Shown: positions 17,947 through 28,508, numbered from the stretch's first letter. The stretch is 63,021 bases of DNA from Candidatus Thorarchaeota archaeon (GCA_048882045.1 JBHLRZ010000020.1:1-63021), one strand, 5' to 3'. Numbers and translations: made by a program. Notes: generated from the letters alone by a model not told the origin.

Positions 17947-20601
17947 CTATTTTCCGCCATCCTTCCTCCGCATGATGATGACCAAAATAATGACCACAAC
18001 AACTACTCCGCCTCCTATTATTGCGAGAAGCATTGGGTCAAACCCTCCTCCAGGTGGAGGTGTTGTTTCCCCTGGCCCTTCATCTATTGTGAATGTAGCG
18101 TCTGATTCATCTTCCCCGTAAAGCATACCATCAAAGGCTCTCACTTTCACCTTCCAGTGAGGTCCTTCTACATGTGGTATCCAAGCAAGGGTAAGAGTTG
18201 CGGTTATGTTCCAAGAATACGTGTTTCCAGTAAGACCAGTTACAAGTGTATCGTAATCATTGCCATCATCAAAGCTCACATAGATATTGAACGTCAGTTC
18301 ATCACTATCATAATCAACTGCACTCCACTCAATGACCTGTGTTCCACTGAGTGTTTCGCCACCATTGGGGAAAAGAACTTCAACAACTGGAGCCCGATTC
18401 TCAATCAACCAATAGAAAGCGTTGGCAATGAAAACATCATTATCTGAGTCGTAGATATGTTCGTAGTTGTCAATATCAGAGTCTCCGTCGCCAAGGAAAT
18501 TGAGATCCGGCAGTACTACAACTTTTCCGAAGTTGTAGGAGTTAGCTACAATCACTGGTACGCCGTTGGCTGCAGCTCCAGTGTACCAGAAGGATGTGCC
18601 ATCCACATCGGTTGTGACGAGTGCGGTTCCGCCTCCTATAGATGAGAATCCAGTGCCTCTATCTATCTCAATCCGTCGCACACCATTCATGATTGGATGA
18701 TTTCCAATGTTCTCGATATCATAAGCAATATAGGACCCATTGGGAAAGGAGTCGACCCACCCATCATTTTCATCAATCAGATATGATGTATCATCAACAA
18801 CCATACCGAATTCAGAGATTATGTCATTAGTCTGATCGTTGTAAGAAGTATGATCACACAACATGAAGAGTCCACCTCCATTTGATACAAAGTTGTACAG
18901 TACTTCTTTCTCTGGTGTGGAATAGTTGATTGCACCTTCTAAGTTTACAATAACACTAGCTTCGCTGATTAACTCTTCAGAAAAGTGACTAGTCCAACGA
19001 ATGTTAAATCCATTGAAGGAGAGCAATCTTGCAGATTTCATGTTTGCATTCAGTGTGAAATACGGAGAGTGTGATTGTTCAAACAGAACTGTCTCCTCCG
19101 GAATACCCGACGCTGAGAGCCAGATCATTACACTAGAAGCAAATTCCTCATTTGAAAGGTCGAAGAAGTCGACACCACCATCTGTATCAGCATCGCTGTC
19201 ATGAAACATGCTACCGTCAGCAATAGTTACTATCCTGCCAGCCCCATGATGCTTGGAGGTTGCCAAGGAGTAACCTGAATAATCAGCTGAGAATGTTGCT
19301 GAATAATTCCAACCAGCAGTCCCATCGGTGTCAGCCCAAATTAGCGGTGTAGCATCATCCGGGACTGTAGTGAAGGCAGTGCTGCCATACATCTGAACAG
19401 AAGACACGCCAAGGGTCGCTGAGTGATTAGCGATATTCCCAGCACCGTAGAATGGTTGTGCTGAAAGTCTTTCGTTGTCATCAGTGTCAGCTGCATAACC
19501 AGCTGTCTGATTTCTCTCATAACCAAACCTTGCCAGGAGAGGATCAGTTCCGTTTCCATACCACCAGATTTCTGAGAAGATGAGAAGTCCTCCACCAGAA
19601 GCAACGAAATCGCTGACAAAGTCTACCTCACTAGTACTAAACGGAACAACTGTGACATAGTTATTTCCAGCAACAAACACCTGACATGAATCGATCATTG
19701 ACGGATTCCATGTGTTCATCGTAGCTATCGCAAATCCGAAGTTTGTTTGGATATGAGTTGCGAATGTGTTGTAACCTGAGTAGACATCATACATTTGGGC
19801 ATGTGAATTATCAAATACAGCAAGTCGTGTGAGACGGACTGCATTTGCTAAAATCGTTCTTGGATTTGGATCTATATTATACATGTCAAACCCCAGCATC
19901 ACGACATGACCAAGACCCATATAGCGATGCGCCACAACTGTCTGACCTCCTGTTCCAAAGACCTCATTTCCATCAGGTGTATCAAAGCTACTAGTGCCAC
20001 TGGGTCCTGTATATGCTGATACTCCGAAAGCCAACGGGTCAAATGAATCAGTTATTGTGACAGATGAACCTGTTCTTGTGGTTGAATTATAAATCCTCAT
20101 CAGATTGGTGCCGTTCAGAATCCTCGCAGTTGGATGATATCCGGCACCTGCTAGGGGTGAATAATGGTCCATACAAATTACGATTCCTCCATCATCAACC
20201 CAATTAACAATGAATCCACTCCAGGCTGACGCGACTGCATCCATCTGAGCGTATGTTGAGTTCTCCTGTTCAATGATGAGTATGACATCATAGTCATTGA
20301 CCACACTCTCAAGTTGAGTATGATCAGTAAGGTTATCATATTCGAAGGTATAGCCATACTCATTCTTCAGCTCACCCAAGGTATGGTCATACTCTCCTCC
20401 ACCGGTATTATCAGAATACTCATTGTAGACAAGTATACTGATTGGTTCCCTACGATTCACAAAGTCGTACTCGACTGCAGGAATCGCAGTATCAGAAAGG
20501 GTTGTTGTACTTCCAGTTGGGGTGAAAGCTACAATCTCCAACGGTGCAGTCAAAAAAAAGATCAAAAGAAGTACGCACAATATCTTCTCGTTCTGTTTCA
20601 T
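17947..20601 (-). CDS. Membrane-anchored surface protein with tandem GATase1-like (DUF4350/GIFT-like) domains and an Ig/Fn3-like domain
   Basis: Signal peptide; AVFDNSH/VLFEQSH...FV..GGGL...GR.V..D repeats; NRAP.VEV.FPNGGE; C-terminal TM plus basic tail. Confidence 0.7.
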   Translation of the reverse strand: MKQNEKILCVLLLIFFLTAPLEIVAFTPTGSTTTLSDTAIPAVEYDFVNRREPISILVYNEYSDNTGGGEYDHTLGELKNEYGYTFEYDNLTDHTQLESVVNDYDVILIIEQENSTYAQMDAVASAWSGFIVNWVDDGGIVICMDHYSPLAGAGYHPTARILNGTNLMRIYNSTTRTGSSVTITDSFDPLAFGVSAYTGPSGTSSFDTPDGNEVFGTGGQTVVAHRYMGLGHVVMLGFDMYNIDPNPRTILANAVRLTRLAVFDNSHAQMYDVYSGYNTFATHIQTNFGFAIATMNTWNPSMIDSCQVFVAGNNYVTVVPFSTSEVDFVSDFVASGGGLLIFSEIWWYGNGTDPLLARFGYERNQTAGYAADTDDNERLSAQPFYGAGNIANHSATLGVSSVQMYGSTAFTTVPDDATPLIWADTDGTAGWNYSATFSADYSGYSLATSKHHGAGRIVTIADGSMFHDSDADTDGGVDFFDLSNEEFASSVMIWLSASGIPEETVLFEQSHSPYFTLNANMKSARLLSFNGFNIRWTSHFSEELISEASVIVNLEGAINYSTPEKEVLYNFVSNGGGLFMLCDHTSYNDQTNDIISEFGMVVDDTSYLIDENDGWVDSFPNGSYIAYDIENIGNHPIMNGVRRIEIDRGTGFSSIGGGTALVTTDVDGTSFWYTGAAANGVPVIVANSYNFGKVVVLPDLNFLGDGDSDIDNYEHIYDSDNDVFIANAFYWLIENRAPVVEVLFPNGGETLSGTQVIEWSAVDYDSDELTFNIYVSFDDGNDYDTLVTGLTGNTYSWNITATLTLAWIPHVEGPHWKVKVRAFDGMLYGEDESDATFTIDEGPGETTPPPGGGFDPMLLAIIGGGVVVVVIILVIIMRRKDGGK

Positions 20602-20744
20602 GTTGTAAACCTCCTATCATAAAATACATGGTAGATTTGTGTTGGGTGCAAGAAGCAACCAACAATCTCCATCGTATACGCTTTCCTTGATGTGGGATTT
20701 ATGCGTTATAAATCTGTCAAATGAATGGTTTCACTAGAATTGAA

Positions 20745-20790
20745 AAAGAAAAGAAAAACCTGAGTGAGTTTGTCCCACTCAAGTTTTCAA
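20745..20790 (-). terminator. Putative terminator of the 20800-23394 gene
   Basis: aaaacctgagtg/cactcaagtttt imperfect stem followed by a T-rich tract on the minus strand. Confidence 0.5.
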
Positions 20791-20799
20791 TATATGCAA

Positions 20800-23394
20800 T
20801 TATTCGCCGCCTTTCTTCTTCATGATAATGACAACCAAGATGATCACAACAAGTACTCCTGCTCCTATTATGATTAGAAGCATTGGGTCAAGTGTGAATC
20901 CTGGACCACCACCTACAAAGTTGTCTAGTTCAAACGGAGCATCTGAAACATCTTGGTTTCCAAGCATACCATCTGTTACCTCTACAAGTATCATGTAGGT
21001 GTCTCCGTCGTCATGTTGAGTAGTGTTCCACTCATACTGAAGAACTGTTAGACCAGATGCCAGTAGGGACCAATCAGAACCATTATTGTCGCTGTAATAG
21101 ACATCAAAGGTTAATGGGTCACTGTCGAAGTCGACTGCTGTCCACTCAACTATCTGGATTCCATCCAAGACTTCTCCACCATTCGGGAACACAACTTCTA
21201 CTGTTGGAGCTCGATTCTCAACCAACCAATACATTGTATTTGCAAGGAAAACATCGTTTTCTGCATCATAGAGTTGAGGATATGAATCACCGTCTGGATC
21301 CCCTGTCCCAATGAAGTTGATGTCTGGCAGTACAACAATCCTACCAAAGGCGAACTCAGTCGCTACGATAACTGGAACAGCATCAGCTGCGCCATTATTG
21401 GTGGATGTTTGGTTACGCCAGAGAGAGGTGCCATCATCATCTGTGAAAACGAGTGGGACTCCTCCGCCAGTATTGGAGAATCCACATCCTCGATCAATCT
21501 CAATTCTAGTAACTCCATTCATGATTGGATGATTTGCGAAATTGCCTCCTTCATAGTGCAGATAGGAACTGGGTGCGGTATCAATATATCCATCGTCTGT
21601 ATCAGCGAGGAATGAGGTTCCATTTACTTCCATACCAAACTCAGCTATGAGATCATTGGTTGCTATATTGTAGGTACTCCAGTCACACAGAAGGAAGAGA
21701 CTTCCGCCACCCGCTACGTATTCTCGGAGATAATCTTTCTCAGGTCCTGTGTAGTTCTGACCACCATTGAAGATCACAACGATATCAGACTCACTGATCA
21801 ACTCTTCCGAAAAGTGATTCTCCCAACGGATATTGAATCCATTGAAGGTGAAGAACCTTGCAGTTTCCCACATACCTGCTGATGTAATCACAGAAAATGG
21901 AGAATGAGTCTGTTCGAACAACATTGTCTTCTCAGGTAGGCCTGCTGAAGATAGCCAGATTGCTACACTTGCTGCAAACTCAATATTATCTAAATTGGTG
22001 ATATATGACGAATGTGCCCAATCACCATCTGATATGGCTACAACACGTCCAGCTCCATAGTGCGAGGCTGCAGCGATTGCTAGTCCTGATGCTTCAGTTG
22101 GACCGCTACCCCATATGGCAGTACCGTCAGAATCAGCCCAGATGAGTGGTGTTGCACCCTGTGGAATGACCTCGAACGCTGTTCCTCCAAACATTTTGAA
22201 GCCAGAAACTCCAACTGTCGCCGAGTGATTTGCTATATTGCCGGAACCGAATGTCGGTTGGAATGGATTTCCATCGTTGTCATCGGTATCTGCAAAGTAA
22301 TTACCACTGTAGTTTCTTTCATACCCAAATCGTTGAAGTAAACCATCCGTGGTATTTCCGAAATTCCAGTAGTCTGTCATTATCCACAGTCCACTACCTG
22401 ATGACACAACTTCTTCCAACGAATCTAACTCATCAATGCTGAATGGTAATGGAGTTGAGGATGTATTGGGGACAACAAACACATCTGAATGTTGAACTAA
22501 AGAGTCATCCCAATTGTCCATTGTAGCAATCGCAAAACCATGCTCTACAAGTTTCCCGCCTAATAGATCTAGTTGAAGGAGTGGAGTAGTCTGTTGGTTA
22601 TGTGTGTTATCAAAGACTGCGAGTCTGGTCAGTCTAATTGCATTGGCAAGAAGGTCCTTTACATTTACGTCAGGAGTGTTGAAATCTGTTCCAATCAAAA
22701 CGATGTGTCCTTGACCCATCATCTTGTGAACCACAACTGCTTTGTGTGATGTACTATGCTCAAAAACGATGTCCCCATCATCCACGTCTACAGCAATCAT
22801 AGCGTTAGGCGCAGTAAAAGACGATGAAACTCCAAAGGCTAGTGCATTAGTTGTATTCACAACGCCGATACCAAGACTATTGACCAGTTGCTCATTGTAT
22901 GTCTTTAGTAGGTTTGTTGCATTCAGAATTTTTGCTCCTGTCTGACTAACTGCAGTTCCTCCATCAAGAGAGATCAATATACCTCCAGCATTAACGTAGT
23001 CTGCAAGAATTCCAGCCCAAGCAGTACCGATAGTCTCAGATTGAGCAATTGATGCAGTTTCTTGTTCTGGAATTAGAAATACGTCAAAACCGACTAGCAT
23101 TGATCCCAGTTGTGTGTAGTCTGTCAGGTTCGTGTACTGGAATTCGGGACCATAAACCTCAAGAATGGCACTCAAGGTGTTCTCCCATTCCCCACCTGCA
23201 TTAAGATCACTATACTCATTATAGATGAGTATGTTGATGGGACTCCGTCGATTCCCAAAATCATATTCAGCTGCAGGAATCGCAGAGTTTGCTGCTGTCG
23301 TACTTCCGGGCATTGAAAATGCTGCTATTCCTAATGGCGCGGTAAGAAATAAAACCGAAAGAAGTACGCACAACAATTTCTTGTTCTTATTCAT
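20800..23394 (-). CDS. Tandem paralog of the GATase1-like/GIFT-like surface protein
   Basis: Collinear with the 17947-20601 protein (LANA.RLTRLAVFDN.H, NIANHSAT.GVS, FNGFNIRW, ENRAP). Confidence 0.7.
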   Translation of the reverse strand: MNKNKKLLCVLLSVLFLTAPLGIAAFSMPGSTTAANSAIPAAEYDFGNRRSPINILIYNEYSDLNAGGEWENTLSAILEVYGPEFQYTNLTDYTQLGSMLVGFDVFLIPEQETASIAQSETIGTAWAGILADYVNAGGILISLDGGTAVSQTGAKILNATNLLKTYNEQLVNSLGIGVVNTTNALAFGVSSSFTAPNAMIAVDVDDGDIVFEHSTSHKAVVVHKMMGQGHIVLIGTDFNTPDVNVKDLLANAIRLTRLAVFDNTHNQQTTPLLQLDLLGGKLVEHGFAIATMDNWDDSLVQHSDVFVVPNTSSTPLPFSIDELDSLEEVVSSGSGLWIMTDYWNFGNTTDGLLQRFGYERNYSGNYFADTDDNDGNPFQPTFGSGNIANHSATVGVSGFKMFGGTAFEVIPQGATPLIWADSDGTAIWGSGPTEASGLAIAAASHYGAGRVVAISDGDWAHSSYITNLDNIEFAASVAIWLSSAGLPEKTMLFEQTHSPFSVITSAGMWETARFFTFNGFNIRWENHFSEELISESDIVVIFNGGQNYTGPEKDYLREYVAGGGSLFLLCDWSTYNIATNDLIAEFGMEVNGTSFLADTDDGYIDTAPSSYLHYEGGNFANHPIMNGVTRIEIDRGCGFSNTGGGVPLVFTDDDGTSLWRNQTSTNNGAADAVPVIVATEFAFGRIVVLPDINFIGTGDPDGDSYPQLYDAENDVFLANTMYWLVENRAPTVEVVFPNGGEVLDGIQIVEWTAVDFDSDPLTFDVYYSDNNGSDWSLLASGLTVLQYEWNTTQHDDGDTYMILVEVTDGMLGNQDVSDAPFELDNFVGGGPGFTLDPMLLIIIGAGVLVVIILVVIIMKKKGGE

Positions 23395-23532
23395 GTTGTA
23401 AACCTCTTACAATAAACTACAAAGTAGAAATAATTGGCATGCACGAAGCAACCAGCTTTCTCCCTCGTAGACGCGTTTTATTGAGATTGAAATGAAATGT
23501 TATAAACCTGTCAAGCGAATACTTTTACTAGA
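23395..23532 (-). promoter_or_regulatory. Conserved promoter and 5' leader, duplicated at 20602-20739
   Basis: Shared blocks gttgtaaacctc, gaagcaacca, tctcc.tcgta.acgc, gttataaa.ctgtcaa (TTTATAAC TATA on the minus strand). Confidence 0.65.
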
Positions 23533-23592
23533 CATCAAAAATGAATGGAATCATCCCATCTAATGATGAGATGACGATTGAAACAAATTGGA

Positions 23593-23911
23593 TTACTTCT
23601 TTGGAACTACCAATATTTGACCAAGTAGATCGCCCTTTAACACTGATGCCTTGATCCTGAGAACCTATGCACGCTAGATGTCCCATTCCATTTGTTCCGT
23701 AAAAGGACCTCATGACCACTGAATTTCCCGGAATTGGTATCGGTTTTATTGAAACGAAATTCGTTTCTCCCTCTGTGAAAGCCACTTTCTCATCAGCAAC
23801 AACTGGAACCAATCTTACATTGGATCAGTCAAGTCCAAAAGTTCGCTCCTCCAGACCTGTAACTGCAATCCGCATCCGTCCATTCCCAAACTCGTTAGAT
23901 CTTGTCTGCAA
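23593..23911 (-). pseudogene. DUF22-family pseudogene
   Basis: In-frame TGA at 23825-23827 (FGLD*SNVRLVPVVADE); IKPIPIPGNSVV; the DUF22-like ending KGDLLGQILVVPKK* lies in another frame. Confidence 0.65.
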
Positions 23912-23963
23912 TTGATAACATAGATTTTTTCTTTCAATTAATTCAATTTCAGTCCTTTCTACT

Positions 23964-24263
23964 CTAAAGCGAGATAATTTTGTCGTATTCCTCCATAATG
24001 AGACTGATGATTTCAGGATACTCTATCTGATTCACATCAACAACAAGACGCCCTCCGATTCCACGCTCTTCGATATGATCCTTAAGAGCGTGAATCTTAA
24101 CTGGAAGACCACTAACTTCGACTGCTTGAGAATAACCTTTGTCGACCAGATAAACACCATCTTGAAGAAGAAGAAGGTCGGTTTCTACATCCTGAGTCTT
24201 CAAGGCGTCAATTACTTCCTTGATGCTTGCACAAACGTCAGAGAGCCATATCAGATACTTCAT
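23964..24263 (-). CDS. dsrH: DsrH/TusB-family sulfur relay protein
   Basis: LLLLQDGVY, HALKDHIEERGI, IEY.EII.LI. Confidence 0.8.
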   Translation of the reverse strand: MKYLIWLSDVCASIKEVIDALKTQDVETDLLLLQDGVYLVDKGYSQAVEVSGLPVKIHALKDHIEERGIGGRLVVDVNQIEYPEIISLIMEEYDKIISL

Positions 24264-24276
24264 CTTTTTTTCCTCT

Positions 24277-24627
24277 TTAGAATGTCACCACAATTTCATT
24301 GTCCATGAACGCCATGGCTACAGCTTCTTCATCAAGAATCTCTACATTCTCGAATATCTCATCCTTGGATATGTTTCTATCTTCAAGGGACTTCTTGCTT
24401 GCACATATTTTTCCATCGAAGCTTTCGAAGGTCGACTTGAACATTCGAATATGCACGATATCTTGATCTTTCATCAGGCCATATACTCCATCACTGATGA
24501 AGAGTAATTGAGGTTCATGGTCCATTCCACACATCCCTACTGCAGCACGCCAACCCTCAGCAGCGATGATTTTTCCAAAGGGTTTACTTCCAATAAGAAT
24601 CAAAACCTGTTTTTCTTTAAACTCCAT
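24277..24627 (-). CDS. dsrF: DsrF/TusC-family sulfur relay protein
   Basis: PFG...A.EG.R, LFISDGVY.L.K.Q, SLEDR, IVVTF. Confidence 0.8.
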   Translation of the reverse strand: MEFKEKQVLILIGSKPFGKIIAAEGWRAAVGMCGMDHEPQLLFISDGVYGLMKDQDIVHIRMFKSTFESFDGKICASKKSLEDRNISKDEIFENVEILDEEAVAMAFMDNEIVVTF

Positions 24628-24638
24628 TCATATCTCTC

Positions 24639-25004
24639 CTACAGTTTAAAGGTTAAGAACCTGTCAACTTCTCCAACAATTTCAGCGAACTCTGTAAGTC
24701 CTGAAACCTCAACACCAGGTATGAAATCAGCACCACTTTGGTCATGTCCTCTTGCGGAAGTACATAATCCACAGGCTTGGAACTCCACACCCTCGTCAGC
24801 TAATTCCTGAAATTTCTCGTTCATTGGTCTATCAGGATCCGGGTCTTGGTTGAGCTTTGCGTTGTTTACGCCGTCTACAAACAGAAACACCTTCACACCA
24901 TAGCCCTTGCCAATAGCGGCTTTGCACAAGTCATACAACGTGTGGCTGTTCTGAAATGTATATGGGCCAGTGTCCAAGAGAATACCTAGAAATTTTTTCT
25001 CCAA
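24639..25004 (-). CDS. dsrE: DsrE/TusD-family sulfurtransferase
   Basis: GPY, VFLFVDGV, ACGLCTSARG with conserved Cys, SGLTEF; likely TTG start at 25004 after GGAGA. Confidence 0.85.
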   Translation of the reverse strand: MEKKFLGILLDTGPYTFQNSHTLYDLCKAAIGKGYGVKVFLFVDGVNNAKLNQDPDPDRPMNEKFQELADEGVEFQACGLCTSARGHDQSGADFIPGVEVSGLTEFAEIVGEVDRFLTFKL

Positions 25005-25160
25005 GTCTCTATCATCTCCATGACAAGATGGTCGAGCCCGCTGCGGAGCGATTAAAAAAGGTAACTCAGTGACGAAATAGCGATTTTTCCTTTCCAGCAA
25101 GCTTGAATAGTACAATGTATGTGTTGTTTTCATTGTTTAAGCACAAGAGAGGAACTATGA

Positions 25161-26234
25161 ATGGAAATGCCGATTGTGAAATTCATCGACAGGGAAGGTC
25201 TCGAACGGGAGATTGAATTCGACTATGAAGAAGAGGACACTTTGGACCTCTCCAAAAAGAAAGTCGTTTCTGTTGACTTTGATTCAATAGTTCAGATTCC
25301 TGAGATCTATGAAATCAACTTGGGGAGTAATGCGTTAGAGGAGATTGACCTCTCTCCTCTAGCTGGGTACCCAACACTTGAGCGGTTCAGTCTTTTCAAG
25401 AACCAATTGAAGAAAATAGAACTATCTCCACTTGCAGATTGTCCAAATCTGCAAGAACTGAACCTTGGCACAAATCAGTTCGAATCAATCAATCTCAAAC
25501 CTCTTGTCAAAGCAGGGAAATTAAAACGGCTTAGACTATTCAACAATGAACTTCTCTCAGTAGACCTAAGTCCATTATCAAACTGTCAGAGTCTTGAAAC
25601 ACTCGAGATTGAAAACAACAAGCTAAGTTCAATAGACCTGACACCCCTGTCATCCTGTATCGAACTTCTTCAGCTGAATTTAATGTATAACAGGATATCC
25701 AAAATCGACCTTGAGCCTATTTCTAGCTGCACAAATCTCAAGTTCCTCTACCTCCATCACAATCGGATCCAAAGGATAGATATCACACCACTAAGGAATT
25801 GTCCTGATTTCAGGATCCTCCGACTAGGTGGGAACCAGTTGGAAACAATCGATCTTTCAGGTCTGTCTTCTTGCAAGGAGCTAAGAAGATTAGGTTTAGC
25901 AATGAACAAGATACTACAATTGGACCTTTCACCACTTAGTAATGCTGAAAATCTTTCAAGTCTAGACATTGCAGGAAATCGGCTTACTAAAATCGATCTA
26001 ACTCCACTAGAGAACTGTGAGGAGTTGGGAGAACTCTACCTTTTTAGTAATCATCCTGAAGAAAATGAGTTTGAATCTCTAGACATTACCCCTTTGTTCA
26101 ACTGCTCCGAGCTTGAAGATTTTGGAGTCAGTGATGAAACAGAACTTAAGGCTGACAAAAACCTCCAAGACGAGGAAGACCTTCCATTAGCTTTGGAGGA
26201 ACTTTTAGACGACGATCGGATAACTTGGAAATAG
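25161..26234 (+). CDS. Leucine-rich repeat protein (internalin-like)
   Basis: About 11 regular 23-aa repeats LxxLxLxxNxLxxIDLxPL. Confidence 0.9.
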   Translation: MEMPIVKFIDREGLEREIEFDYEEEDTLDLSKKKVVSVDFDSIVQIPEIYEINLGSNALEEIDLSPLAGYPTLERFSLFKNQLKKIELSPLADCPNLQELNLGTNQFESINLKPLVKAGKLKRLRLFNNELLSVDLSPLSNCQSLETLEIENNKLSSIDLTPLSSCIELLQLNLMYNRISKIDLEPISSCTNLKFLYLHHNRIQRIDITPLRNCPDFRILRLGGNQLETIDLSGLSSCKELRRLGLAMNKILQLDLSPLSNAENLSSLDIAGNRLTKIDLTPLENCEELGELYLFSNHPEENEFESLDITPLFNCSELEDFGVSDETELKADKNLQDEEDLPLALEELLDDDRITWK

Positions 26235-26321
26235 ATTTCAAAAGGCGCGTTCTCATGGTAGATTTAAATAAAGGATTATCTCAACAAAAGCAGTTAAAAA
26301 TCGCAAGACTGAGGACTCGTA

Positions 26322-26540
26322 ATGTCTGAGAGGGAAAAGGACATCGCACGAATTGCGAGAATGTACTCAAAATACCTGAATGGTCCACTTGGGAACGGAG
26401 TCATGGATCATCTTCAGGAAGGTGAGAGTTTTAAGATCAACAAAGTTATCGAGATTCACAAACACCAAGGGAAAGCCTTGGTAAGGATTCTTGACTCAAC
26501 TGTAAATGAAGAGACCAATAGTGCATCTACAACAAGTTAG
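26322..26540 (+). CDS. Small hypothetical protein
   Basis: ATG with upstream GAGG and TTTAAATA TATA-like box. Confidence 0.6.
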   Translation: MSEREKDIARIARMYSKYLNGPLGNGVMDHLQEGESFKINKVIEIHKHQGKALVRILDSTVNEETNSASTTS

Positions 26541-26602
26541 GAATGAGCTATCAAAGTGGATATAACGTGCTTTTGCACACGGATTTTCAGGATGTGTATC
26601 AG

Positions 26603-27247
26603 ATGGTCGTTGAAATGGATGATGCCACAAGAGAACAGGTAAAGGAGCTTTTTTCAGAAATGGTGGACGATGTCACCATTCACTTATTTGTCATGGATCA
26701 TAATTGTCTCTACTGTAACGATGTAACTGACATGGCAAATCAGATAGCAGAACTATCAGATAAGGTAACGGTCAAAGAACACAAAGGGCCACTTGATTCG
26801 GACGATGCTAAGAAGATGGGAGTTGAGAAGACTCCCGCTATGATTCTTCATGGTAAAAAGCCCTATAATGTGAAGTTCTATGGCATTCCTGCTGGACATG
26901 AGTTTGGTGCGCTCATTGGCTCGATAATTGATGTATCAAAAGGTACATCTCCACTACCAGACGATGTGATTGAAGATATAGCCTCTATTGACAAACCAAT
27001 CAACATCAAAGTGTTCGTTACACCTCAATGTCCCTATTGTCCAAACATGACTCGTCTGGCCCATCAGGCTGCAATCATCAATCCATTAATCTCTTCTGAA
27101 ATGATTGAGTCGCTTGAGTTTCAGGAAGACACAGCAAAGTATGGAGTGTTTGGAGTCCCGAAGACCATAATCAACGAAACCACAACAATAGAAGGCCTTT
27201 CCCCACTTGAGATGTTCGTCGAGAAGCTGTTTGAAGCCATCGACTAA
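26603..27247 (+). CDS. Protein disulfide oxidoreductase (PDO / AhpF N-terminal-like)
   Basis: Two thioredoxin folds with CLYC and CPYC, GIPAGHEF; likely start 26603. Confidence 0.92.
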   Translation: MVVEMDDATREQVKELFSEMVDDVTIHLFVMDHNCLYCNDVTDMANQIAELSDKVTVKEHKGPLDSDDAKKMGVEKTPAMILHGKKPYNVKFYGIPAGHEFGALIGSIIDVSKGTSPLPDDVIEDIASIDKPINIKVFVTPQCPYCPNMTRLAHQAAIINPLISSEMIESLEFQEDTAKYGVFGVPKTIINETTTIEGLSPLEMFVEKLFEAID

Positions 27248-27283
27248 GGAAAGGAATTAAAGACAAACTGGGTTTCTTATAGT

Positions 27284-27565
27284 ATGGAAACCCAATCTTT
27301 TGTTATAATGTTGAGACCTGCGAACGATTATGGTATTGCTGAAACTGAACAACGAGTGACGGAGCACTTTGCCTATCTTCAAAAACTCCAAAAAGAGGGC
27401 AAGCTGATCATGGCAGGGAGATTCTCTGAGGTTCTAATTGGACTTGCAATGTTGGAGGTTGAATCAAAAGAGGAAGCTCTTGAGATTATGAAAAATGATC
27501 CAGCTGTTATGGCTGGAATATTTCATGCTGAGCTGTATCCTTGGAGAATTGCTCTGAAGTCTTAG
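27284..27565 (+). CDS. YciI-like protein
   Basis: EHFAYL..L..EGKLIMAGR, NDPAV.AGIF...LYPW. Confidence 0.85.
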   Translation: METQSFVIMLRPANDYGIAETEQRVTEHFAYLQKLQKEGKLIMAGRFSEVLIGLAMLEVESKEEALEIMKNDPAVMAGIFHAELYPWRIALKS

Positions 27566-27568
27566 TTG

Positions 27569-28504
27569 TCACTTTTCTTGACAAGTAAACACGAAATCGT
27601 TCTCGTTCACGTATTTGTATGCCTGATAGGCTGCGTGAACGCCTTCAGCAACTCCTGTGATAGCCTGCTTAAACTCGCTATCTACAACATCTCCAGCCGC
27701 AAAGACTCCTTCAATGTTAGTTCTGCTTGAGCGATCAATGATGATCTCTCCTTTGTCATTGACTTTCACACCCATCTTCTTTGCTAATTCAGAATATGGA
27801 ATCCCACCGATTGCGATGAATATTCCATCGAGTGGAAGAGTGTCTGAGTCATTGTATGGCTTATCGAGCTTGACACCGATGACCTTCTCGCTTCCGAGGA
27901 TCTCAGTTACATTTGTCTGAGTGATGATCTCAATCTTTGGTTCTTTCTCAATTCGGCGGCCATTCACAGGTTCTGGTCTTATCCTTTCACGTCGATAAAC
28001 CATGTAGACCTTAGGACAGTACTTAGCAAGAAGAAGTGCCTCCTTTGCAGCACTGTCACTTCCTCCAACAACTCCTACAACCTTGTCTTTGTAAAGAGGC
28101 GCATCGCACAATGCACAGTAGCTCACTCCTTTGTTCTTGAGTTCTTCATGACCAGGAACCTCGAGCTCTTTTTCCTTGAGTCCGGTGGCAAACAGGATAG
28201 ATTTTGCGAGGAATGTCTTGTTCTCCGTTACAATATAGAAGAATTTGTTTTTGTTTTGGAAGACGTCGACTACTGTTCCGATTTCAATGGTAACAGGATA
28301 GTCCAAGGCATGTTCCTTGAGCTTGTCTGCAAGCTCCTGACCAGTGAGTTGAATGAAACCAGGATAGTTTGCGACATCGTCTGTGAGAGTTATCGTTCCT
28401 CCATCAACATTTCCAATGACTGCAACACTGAGATCAAGCCTTGCAGCATACATGGCGGCACCAAAACTTGTAACACCTGAGCCTATAACTACCAAATCGT
28501 ACAT
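27569..28504 (-). CDS. trxB: Thioredoxin reductase
   Basis: GSG, NYPGF, GVSYCALCD, GG.DSA..EA, T..EGVFAAGD. Confidence 0.93.
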   Translation of the reverse strand: MYDLVVIGSGVTSFGAAMYAARLDLSVAVIGNVDGGTITLTDDVANYPGFIQLTGQELADKLKEHALDYPVTIEIGTVVDVFQNKNKFFYIVTENKTFLAKSILFATGLKEKELEVPGHEELKNKGVSYCALCDAPLYKDKVVGVVGGSDSAAKEALLLAKYCPKVYMVYRRERIRPEPVNGRRIEKEPKIEIITQTNVTEILGSEKVIGVKLDKPYNDSDTLPLDGIFIAIGGIPYSELAKKMGVKVNDKGEIIIDRSSRTNIEGVFAAGDVVDSEFKQAITGVAEGVHAAYQAYKYVNENDFVFTCQEK

Positions 28505-28508
28505 CAGA

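Noticed and set aside
23825-23827. In-frame TGA as possible selenocysteine
   Set aside because: The same gene also has a frameshift/deletion, the context is not a redox motif and no SECIS was recognised; a nonsense mutation is simpler.
25005-25133. N-terminal extension of DsrE in the ORF track
   Set aside because: It covers the divergent promoter region; the TTG at 25004 with a Shine-Dalgarno sequence gives normal DsrE length.
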